Below, one piece after another: positions 54,191 to 64,000 of a DNA stretch of 64,000 bases; the stretch's first letter is position 1, and every line of letters begins with the position of its first letter. The stretch lies in the NCBI RefSeq assembly GCF_008831285.2, contig NC_045138.2, positions 6,758,001 to 6,822,000 on the forward strand. The letters are read 5' to 3'. Under the pieces are notes generated by a model. It made no database searches. It was not told the DNA's origin and saw only the letters and a program-made list of their open reading frames with translations. A program made the translations under genes and the position numbers. This DNA comes from Nymphaea colorata (taxonomy: Eukaryota).

Positions 54191-54274
54191 TGTAGGTGCA
54201 TTAGTGTATGAACGTAGTGCCGGAGTGCCGGTGCACCGTTTCGAGCTGTGACCCACCTCATATTGCTTCATAGG

Positions 54275-54447
54275 CAGGGCGGAGGGAGAGGGGGGGGCCA
54301 CCTAAGCCATGGCCCCACTCCAACTAATTAAAAAAATTACATCGAAAAAATTAAAAAAATTTAGTTGTGCAATATATTTTTTATATTCGAGTTCAGTTTG
54401 ACCCTACCTGAATCCGAGGTTGGACTGTTTGGCCCGCTCCACCCTTG
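54275..54447. mobile_element. hAT-type MITE private to copy C
   Basis: cagggcggag ... ctccacccttg; perfect 8-bp TSD TTCATAGG at 54267-54274 and 54448-54455; absent at the matching sites of copies A (~30440) and B (~46760). Confidence 0.85.
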
Positions 54448-57400
54448 TTCATAGGATACCACTCATAGTAGGATACCACTCATAGGAATATAACATATAT
54501 ACGACATGAGACCTTCACTCTCATTAACCCAACCAGGTAAGCTATGCCCTTTTGAGGTAACAAAACCTTCGGATAAAATTCAGGCCACTCACAATCCTAA
54601 GACTCATAATAGGTACTTGAACATGGATCTGCCATATCTTTCATAAGAAAAGACCACTTTTACTTCCACCTCAAACTCAGAAATTAGTGCAACTTATTCT
54701 GAACGTGAAAATATTCGGCTATCTATCAGTTTTATTTTAGAAAGGTGTGTGGTGGGAAGAACAATGTGTTCTTGGACACAATCTTCTATAACATTTGTTT
54801 CAAATACACTGTTCTTCTTCTAAGAAATATTAGTGTAGCTAATTATCAGGCTTTCTATAATAAAAAAATGTGCTTATGTGGTCTAATAACATATGTTGCA
54901 AAAATGCAGTGTTCATATTATCAAATGCTCTTTTGTAGGTCCTATCCAAACACTTAACTGGATTTCGTTTGTAACACGGCTGTAGGCCTGAAGTAATGGT
55001 ACCGGTTCCAGACCCAGATCTTCTTTCTTAAAGAGGGGGGGCTTCTCAAGGAGATCATGATAAATGATTTTGAATCTGGACCTTGATATAGGTTAATTTA
55101 TCATAAGAATCTAAGGCGTTGTAGAAGCAAAAAACATTAGTAGAGGGCAAAATTACAATAGTGAAACCCTAATTGCAAACCCACCACATGATTCAGATCA
55201 TTGGTCTAAAATTTCAACTGGGGACTGATCCGCGGATCCAGCTTTTTTCAGAATTCCTAATCTAATTTGGATCGGATGCATACCCCATTTCTAGAACCAA
55301 ATTCGGATACTGATCATGCACTAATTGGCTCCCATATTTGAGAATCAAACCCAGATTCAACTAAGGAGAAGTGCCTAACGCATTTGAATCTAATCAATGA
55401 TAAGATCCTATCTCTTTACCAGATCTGACTAAACAGATTTGAAATCGGATCCTAAGTCATCTACAACCCTAATGAAAGGTGGGTCAGACTTGGATCAGAC
55501 ATTAAGTATCATGTCAGATTCACTCACAACCTCCACAGAGTCATTTAGGGGACCAACTTGTTCTGAATGAAAGAATATATTATGAGCCATGAATACCAAC
55601 TACCATATAATCAGGATATCACAATAATGTAGAGAATGCTAATTTATTATGGTACAAAAATTCGGTGCATTATATAATCAATGCATGGTAGCTGCTCTCT
55701 CTATGGAGAAGTAGAGACAGAGGGTCACTTCAAACAATTACTTAAGGGCACTGTTTAATTACGACAAACAAATCAACATTTTCATTTGATGCCTAACATT
55801 TTGCCTGTAATTGCAAAAGTGATCTACATTTTCTTTTTCAATAAAACCATCTTTTTCATAAAAAAACGAGACCGGAAAAAAAAAAAGTTGGTTGCAATCT
55901 TCTTCTACGGCCAATGGGTGAGTAGAAACCACTCATAGAAAGGCCGAACTCCTCCCCCTTCCCCTTTCCCAGAGCCCAATGCTATTTTAGGACCTCATCA
56001 TATTCCTGTCAATTAGAGTGTCACACTACCTCCGTTTGTAGTCTAAAAAAGTAGTATTCATGAGCATTAAATGACTAACCAAGTTATCACCGACCCGCCA
56101 GTCTGACAGATACGCTACATCCCTCAAAGATGGCTGCAATCTTCTTATAACATTGCCTCATTATAATTAAGTTACCTTTTTACCCTTTTAAGTGACATAT
56201 TAGAAATTGATAAGAGTGGAGAAATGTAAGAAAGAGGAGAGGGTGGGGTTAAATGAGAACTACTTCTCTGTTATGTCGTAACATAGGAAAACATATTCCC
56301 ATAATTTAAACCTAAAAGGGTTTTTTGGACATTTTATTGAAATATTTTTGAGCCATACCATTTTTTCCTTTGTAAAGAAGTTTCCCATTTAGTCAATAAG
56401 GGTATTTTCGTCATACCATTTTTTCGTTTGTAAAGAAGTTTCCAAGTCAATAGGGGTATTTTCGTCATTTTCAGTCTATAAATGGGCCCCTTGTTATGGG
56501 CCATAACTTATACTCCGCTCAATCAGAAGACACCCTTATTTTCAAAAATCATAAAAAGTGGTTCCTTTTTTGGAATTATAGATAATGAGGTCCTAAAAGG
56601 GAAACTTCCCAAACTGAAACAATAATTGCCCTATATCAATGTGGCTGATGCTGTGAAGGCAAATGCTGGAGTCCCCAAAAAATTTTGGGATCTAGAAACC
56701 AGACATTAACTAAACAACAATGCAAATTTCATTATCTTGGGCACCTTTTTCATGCGCCAAACAGCCTCACCTATGCCATTGCTTCTCCCTTCACAGGCAA
56801 GATAACTCAAGGTTCCCAAGTTTCACACTGGGCAGGAACATCTAAGATCATGATACTGGTTCATTTTCTTTCAGCAATGTGAATAGTCAAATAGATCATG
56901 ATCTTGGTTCACAAAAAGCATGATATTGTTACTACAAGAAGGTCCAACCAAAGGTGGGATGAGTGCAAGTAGCATTGTAGAGTAAACTGAATAGGCCAGG
57001 CCTGGCCTGGTTATTAGTTATTACTGAATCCAAAATGAGCTCGCTTAGATTAATCATTCCGGAGTCAGATCACACCAGCTGAAACAGAACATAGATCTTA
57101 GTGGTTTCAAATTCGATATACTGTAGCTCCCCAAAAGCTCATCTGAATTCAGATTTAGGTTCAAGTTGAGATTTGGTTCCGGTGCATTGGTCATCGAATC
57201 TGACAAAAGGAATTTGGATTTGTCTGGATATCTACACTGGATCTGAACTATTCTTGAGTGAGTAGGAGTAATATTTCATCCTACCACTCAGATGAGAACT
57301 GAAGCCTCCATCCAATTCATCGGCCCCTTAAAATATAGAATCTGCTTTTAGTGCCTCCACCATGCTTCAACTGTGGTCGATAAACCCGGTTTTGCAGCCA

Positions 57401-59040
57401 TTTAGATTCCCATTTCAATTAAAATTTACTGTACTCACTGACTTGATCCTCAATCCTGCTGTGGTCGAATTTCTTTATGACAGGGCGGCGAAGTACTGAG
57501 CAGAGCAGGTAATCGGTGAGAAAATGACTTCTTCTGTCCACTTAAGGGGTGAGGTCCACTCGCAAAGCCGACAGGACGTCACAAGTTCAAACCCCACAAT
57601 GAATGCGCTTACTTACACCTAATCTTCTAATCCTACCTAATCTGTACTGCCAGATCCTACGTTGATTTAGTTCAGTATATAAATGCTGTATAAATAGTTA
57701 ATAAGTACTGTTAAGATCTTGCCAAAATGCATCGTCGTCTTCCTTTTTTCGTCTGATTATAAAAAGCCGCTTGAGCAGATAACAAATTACTGTTCAACTT
57801 ATACCGACGAGGTTCGGTGAGCCAGCGCGGGCCTGTGGCTGGTAGGTGGCTGCTCATTTGTTCTAGCAGCAATAGGGAAGTCAATGGATCGGATTCTAAT
57901 CGTATATATTCTTAATCATATCCGCTTTTTGAATATTCACATATTCAATTTTTTTTTTTAAAAAAAGTGATATTCGAATCTGAATCCAAATCCAAAATCT
58001 GGTTTTACAATATGAATCCGATCCGAATCTGATTTTTATATTTATATCCAAAATCCAAATCCAAACTTTGAACCGAATTTTTTGAATTTTCAAATTTTAA
58101 TAGCATTAGATACAAGATGCTTGTCTAGAAATGAATCTGATCCATCGAATATTTATGTATATCTGAATCTGAAGCCAACCGGATGTCATTTATTAAATCC
58201 GAATCCGATCCGATTTCTTAATCGGGTACTAAATTTTTAAATTTTTTTCTATATTTGAAATTTTCAGATTAATTCGGTTGGATATCCTATTCAAATAGGA
58301 TATATTGACATCCCTAAACAGAATGCCTACCTCCCTTGTGCCAATGTATGGAACCAGTATAGTAGCTAACGTGCACTACGGGCCCCCTACGGACTCATCT
58401 ATGGACTCTAGGATAAGAGAAGAAGGTGGCGGAGCGGTTTGGTTCTCGTGGTAGATACTCATCATTCATCAATGAATGATGACTCAACTTTTCTTCTAGC
58501 AGAAAATATTAATTTTTTAGTATAAAATAAGAATAATATCTTTGGTGGTGGGCTAAGGAATATATGGTTCATTAAGAAAGGCATTTTTTATATAAAAAAA
58601 TTAATGTTTTCTAACAATAGGTGGCTCTTTGATATTTTTTTTCCATAAGTTTAGGGCATATATATGGACTTTTGAAGTTGAGTGGCTATTTGTTGTTTGC
58701 TCAAACGATAAACACCATTTCTAATCATTTTTCTCAATTGAAGAAAAATAATTAAAATATTTATATTGATTTAAGGAAAATGCAAATCTAAAGAAATTTA
58801 TAAACCTGTACCGGCTGTAGGATAACACATCCCCAATGCAGGACAATATTAACAACACTTTTGGTTTCTCAGCTTAAGATATATCTTTCTATCACCTTTT
58901 GCTTGAATGCTCACCGCTAAGCATTTAATAGAAAGAGAAAGGACATTGTTTGAATCGTCCCAAAAGTTGGTTGTCAATATTTAGTTGCTTCTATATATGT
59001 GTGTGTGTCTGTGTGTGAATCCTAGCTATTTGAATTTCTA

Positions 59041-59786
59041 ACTGTATTGTGTAACTTTGAGCAGTTCTTGAATCTGTAGATCCTTCAGGCCTCCAAGATG
59101 CAGATATCAAGGAAATGCAGAGGAAGACATAACAACTTTGAACATTCACTTGGGCAGGAAGCCTATGGCATAATGTTCAGTAAAAAGCTAGCACGCTTGC
59201 ACCAACAGAACTGGCTAAGAAGTCTTTACAGAGATGGCAGGCAACTCATCAACTAGGATCTGCCACACAGGAGAATCATTTTCTTTATGGGGCACCGTGT
59301 CAAAGGCTCCCAAAGGACTTCTGCATATGAATTCATGACTAATTAATGGTTCTCTAGTGAACTTCAGTTCATTTACAAGGAACTGTACAAGCAATTGAAT
59401 ATCTGCATCATTGATGTGACCTATGAAATGTTCATTTGAAGATCAAGCCCAAGAATATCTTACTAGATCATGATTTTGCACCAAAGATTTTTTGTTTTGG
59501 CTTAGCAGAATTGAATGGTAAGGAAAAGAATGGGGTTTGTATTGCAGCAGGAAAAGGCACAATCAAATATATTTCCCTGGAGATACCTGAATAATCTCTC
59601 TCACAAACCAGAAGTTTAGACCTTTAGACTTGACATATTTGGATCAAGAAAACACAGAGAATCAAATGTTGGCATCTCCAGTGAAAGCTTCAAGGAATTG
59701 TAGAAGGGAAATTGTACAAAGATAACAGTGATGGAATTGATGGATGTCAAAGGACTGCTGCTGCATGAAGCAATTTCTTCGAAAGT
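59041..59786 (+). pseudogene. LRK10L-2-like kinase pseudogene, copy C
   Basis: EQFLN, NNFEHSLGQEAYGIMF, AYEFMTN, HLKIKPKNILLDHDFAPKIFCFGLAE; fused head-to-tail with copy D at gaaagt|tggagtaatc. Confidence 0.85.
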
Positions 59787-60600
59787 TGGAGTAATCTTTT
59801 TCTTGCCTTGCGAGCATGCAAAGTAAAGCCAAAGAAGGAACAAAAACCGTGTAACTTTGAGCAGTTCTTGAATGACTGTAGATCCTTCAGGCCCCCAAGA
59901 TGCAGATACCAAGGAAAAGCAGAGGAAGACTAACAACTTTGAACATTCACTTGGGCAGGATGCCTATGCATAATGCTCAGAGGAGTGAAAAGCCAGCACT
60001 CTTGCACCAACAGAACTGGCTAAGAAGTCTTACAGAGATGGCAGACAATCATCAACTAGGATCTGCCACAGAAGCATCATTTTCTTTCTGGGGCACCACG
60101 TCAAAGGCTAAGGACTTCTGCATATGAATTCATGACTAATTAATGGTTCTCTAGTGAACTTCAGTTCATTTACAAGGAATTGTACAAGCAATTGAATATG
60201 TGAAATGTTCATTTGAAGGTCAAGCCTAAGAATATCTTACTAGATCATGATTTTGCACCAAAAATTTCTTGTTTTGGCTTAGCAGAATTGAATCGTAAGG
60301 AAAAGAATGGGGTTTGTATTGCAGCAGGGAATGGCACCATAGGATATATTTCACAAGCCATAAGTTTAGACATTTAGACTTGACATAATTGGAACAAGAA
60401 AACACAGAGAATCAAATGTTGGCATCTCCAATGAAAGCTTGAAGGAATTAAAAACGGAAAACTGTATAAAGATGACTGTTACAGCATTGTGGTGCATATA
60501 ATGGAAGTCAGAGGACTGCTTCTGCATGAAGCAACTTCTTAGAAAGTCTAAAGCTGCGTTGAAGATCCCTCTACACTGCCAAACCATTATTATCCTGCAA
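59787..60600 (+). pseudogene. LRK10L-2-like kinase pseudogene, copy D, the only copy keeping the C-terminal subdomain
   Basis: HLKVKPKNILLDHDFAPKISCFGLAE, GTIGYIS, MTVTALWCI*WKSEDCFCMKQLL (cf. M.IVALWCIQW.P.DRPSM..VV). Confidence 0.85.
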
Positions 60601-61910
60601 TTCAACTAGGAGGCCTAGATGATGATTCCAGTTCAAGCCAGCCAGAAAGCTAATGAGCTTTTACTTAATTTGCGAATTTTTGATTCTCAGAGTCTGTACA
60701 AAAGAAAAAAATAGCAAAATACTATATTGGTTTTAGCAAAAGGGAAAATTGGTTTTGTACATGAAGAGATTTTTACTGTGTGCAGTATGCTATATTGGAG
60801 ATTTATCTCGTATACAGTTAATGTATATGACGAGCAGTGTAAAGTTTTTACTGTGTGGAGTATGTTATGCGCTTTGTCTCATAGTTAATACTTAATATAA
60901 ACTATCAATATTGAATATCTCAACCTCTAATTAGATATGCATGCTTCGGTTAGATGAGTTTTGCATCTACTCTGCAGTATGAGTCTTGCTTAGCCTCATA
61001 CCAATCTCAAGGCAGGCATTTCTGCATCTTTTGAACAATGAACTTTTTGAAGCAACTTTGGTCATTATTGTGTTTATCTATCTATCTATTTATTTACCTA
61101 TCTAACTAGAGGGGACTTCTTTGAAAGATGTCATGTTATCAACTTTCTCGTATTTAAAGAGTGGAGGATCTTTAAGTGGACTAAGAAAACTTGGTTTAGA
61201 CTGTTTAGTCTCTCTCAAAACCAACCATTAGAGGAAAGGGCTGGACCTAGTGGAATTTTATCAAGTTTGAGAAACTTCTACTTTGTTGTGTGGTTGCACA
61301 TCTCTCAAATGTTTGATGCAAACATCTTTTTCCAAATGACCTTTTTTAAAGTTCTAACAGCACTAGTCTTGCAAAATTTTTCTACCATATTTGTATATGC
61401 ACTTGATTTTTTTTTTTGCGTGAGGTGAGCAGGAGGAGGATTGCATCCAACAGCCTAGCTGAAAGCCAAGCTTCCACCCTTTCTGCCATCCCCTCATGAT
61501 ACTTGACATACTTTTGGTGCCTCGAGATGACACTTTCCCTATACTCTAATTTGTATATCGGTGTCCCCCCACCCCTCCCTGCCCACTTTTTGTAGCACAA
61601 AAAGTTGTGCGTTGTGGGAGTTCGACCCACCCAGTCTGTTGCAGCAACCTCACTAGGGGTCATATGCACCTGATGGACTGTCTTGGTATTCAATAACAGG
61701 GACCTCTTAAGGTTTATGTTACTTGAGACCTAAGTTACATGGGTATGGGTATGGTTGAAGTATAGGAATTGAGATATGGGTACGGACACGACAACTTTAG
61801 AAGATGTGGGTACGTAACAGGATATATAAGTATATACCCAAAATAATAAAAAAAAATCAAAATGAAAGCAACATTTAAGTAAACAAGTGATTTTAAATCA
61901 AATTATTACA

Positions 61911-64000
61911 TGTTGTTGATAGATTGTGTGTTTCGGGTCCGGATCCATACCCGACCCGCCTTGTAGCCCGTTTTGGGCTCTACTTAAGTCATGTAACCCT
62001 AATCCTTAAGGGTTAATGATAATCTTAAGAGAGAGAGAGTCTGGCGGCTAGTGGGCACCAACTCCTCCTCATTCGTGGTTTTTTCTCCCTCGTGTTGAGG
62101 GTTTTCCACGTTACATCGTGATCATTATTTCTCTTCATCTTCCTCTTGTTCGTATTTCTACATGGTATCAGAGCCGTAAAGTTCCGGCGTTTCTGGTTTG
62201 TCTTTTGCCCGTGTTGGAGGAGGATTCGCCCGACACTGTTCATTGACTCGCCCGGCACTGTTCATCGTCTCGCCCGGCACTGTTCATCGGCCGTGCCCGA
62301 TGCTCGTGCCCGAGCTTCGCCCGACGCCTGTGCCCGACGCTCGTGCCCGAGCTTCGTCTGTCGCCCAGCGCCGCCCTGATCAGCACCGCTCAGGATTCCG
62401 CCTAGCGACGACCGGCCCAGCGACGCCCTGATCAGCGCCGTTCCTGTTCAGCCGCTTCCGCCCAGCGTCGGCCTGCTCAGCGACGCCCTGTCCAGCGGCG
62501 TTCCTCTCTGTCATCCGACGCATCGCCCACCGCCGTGTCTTTTTCCAGCGCTGCGCCGCTCTGCCTGGTTCCGGCGGTTTATTTCCGCCCAGCGCCGCGC
62601 CGCTCTGCCTGGTTCCGGCGGTCTGCTTCCGCTGGTGCGCCGCTCTGCCTGGTTCCGGCGGTCTGTTTCCGCCCAGCGCCGCGCCGCTCTGCCTCGTTTT
62701 TTTTTCTCCGGTGCTGCCTCTCTGTTGCTGTCTCTTCCGCCGGTGAGGTTTAGGCGTTCTTTGTTTTGTCCGTTGCCTGCTCTCTGCCTTTTTTGGTGTT
62801 GTATTGTGCTGTTGCTCCCTGCTTCCCTTGCTGCCTACTGGGCTTCTCCCGTAGCTAGACTGGTCTGTGATTATGGCAGCCTCTTTCTCGTCAACCGTCA
62901 ACACCAATCTCACTGAAATAGGGGCTTTTAGAACTGAGAATGTTCCCATGCAGGTCATCACTCTTCGCCTCACCAAGGAGAATTATTTCTTGTGGTCGCC
63001 TGCTATGACTATGGGGATTGCTGGCCGTGGTCGCATGGCCTATATTGATGGGAGCAACCCCGAACCAGCAAGAACAAGTGATGTGTGGCATACTTGGTTT
63101 CTTGAGGATAATCAAGTGAAAACTTGGATTGTCAATTCCGTTTCCGCCAATATTCAGCCCCTTATCCTTCGGAAGAAGACTGCTAGAGACATGTGGGTGG
63201 TCCTCGAGCAAATGTATGGCCAAAAGAAGACCGCAATTCGTACTTACCAAGTAATGAAGACAGTCTATGGCATTCGACAAGGGAACTCGTCTGTTGCAGA
63301 GTACTATGGGGCTTTGAAAGCTAAGTGGGAAGAGCTTGACTATCATTCTGATATTCCTTGGTATTGTCCCCATGATCAGGCGCTCTATGTTGCTCATGAA
63401 TGGGAAAACATGGTGTTCCTATTTTTTAGCAGGTTTAAATGATGAGTTTGAAGGTGTTCGAAGCCAGATTCTGAATTCAGGGGAGGTGTCCAGTATTGAA
63501 GATGTGTACTCCTGTATTGAAGCGGAAGAACAGAGGAGGCTTGTTACAAAAGAAGGGAAGAGGGAACTTGTGCCCTATAACGAGAGATCCGCTCTCGTGA
63601 GTCGTGGTCCTGGCGGCCCGTCTAGATCCCTTCGCCTGTGCACTCACTGTAAGAAGACAGGTCATACCGTGGATTATTGTTGGGATCTTCATCCAGAAAA
63701 GAAGGGAAACAAAGGGAGATCTTCGATTGGGAGAACGCCTGTGTCTGAGGTGCAAGCATCCAATGGAGAAAAAGTCTCCATTTCTGCTAACCAGCTTCGT
63801 GAACTAAGGGCTTATTTGGGCAGGATCGATGTCAACAAGATTGAGACCTCATAGGGAAATACAGCTAATCATGCTCTCGCGGTTATTGGCAATCAAGGTA
63901 ACTTTTCTGTGGGGGAATGGATTGTCGATAGTGGTGCTACTCATCACATGACAGGTAATCCAAAATTGTTTCATGAGTATAAGTTGTCCTCGGGAAAGGA
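61911..64000 (+). mobile_element. Ty1/copia LTR retrotransposon, 5' part (runs off the window)
   Basis: ~250-bp LTR TGTTG...ttctaCA (61911 or 61914 to 62162), perfect tRNA-Met PBS TGGTATCAGAGC at 62163-62174, GC-rich leader, then gag and protease. Confidence 0.93.
62873..64000 (+). pseudogene. Copia gag-protease, disrupted
   Basis: RLTKENYFLWS..YIDGS..W..EDNQVKTWIVNS..TARDMW; +1 frameshift in a T-run at ~63422-63427 before FLAGLNDEFEGVRSQIL; zinc knuckle CTHCKKTGHTVDYC; in-frame TAG at 63852-63854; protease WIVDSGATHHMTG at ~63918-63956. Confidence 0.9.

Larger units (their letters stand above)
54196..59786 (+). repeat. Segmental tandem duplication, copy C (5'-truncated)
   Basis: Colinear with copy A from ~30380 and copy B from ~46695. 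Confidence 0.92.

Noticed and set aside
59616..59936. 106-aa minus-strand ORF with a hydrophobic N-terminus
   Set aside because: Antisense to the kinase pseudogenes and spans the C/D duplication junction.
61382..61693. 103-aa minus-strand ORF
   Set aside because: No recognisable motif, non-ATG start and no supporting exon structure; cannot be supported without a search.
62380..62976. 198-aa antisense ORF
   Set aside because: By-product of GC-rich tandem repeats in the copia leader.

Overview
Plant (angiosperm) nuclear DNA: AT-rich, spliceosomal GT-AG introns, many MITEs and microsatellites. One intact gene is supported: a minus-strand, 11-exon gene (16426->11783, 795 aa by my exon chaining) encoding an N-terminal USP/adenine-nucleotide alpha-hydrolase-like domain plus a cytoplasmic Ser/Thr kinase (RLCK-VI, STUNTED/At1g77280-like). 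From about 28.07 kb to 60.6 kb lies a diverged tandem segmental array: three long copies (A, B, C) and one short copy (D). Each ends in a decayed plus-strand LRK10L-2 (Lr10-like) receptor-kinase pseudogene that the ORF track shows only as uninformative fragments. A truncated Ty3/gypsy chromovirus separates A from B, and a truncated PIF/Harbinger element carrying a Myb/SANT-like gene separates B from C. Also present are an L1 LINE remnant (0.4-2.2 kb), an old TRIM (4.8-5.2 kb), several hAT-type MITEs with 8-bp TSDs, and the 5' part of a Ty1/copia element running off the right edge. I cannot show a new biological system from sequence alone. The most unusual structure is the repeated amplification of a kinase gene that was already dead. 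All family assignments are by eye from motifs, not from database searches.
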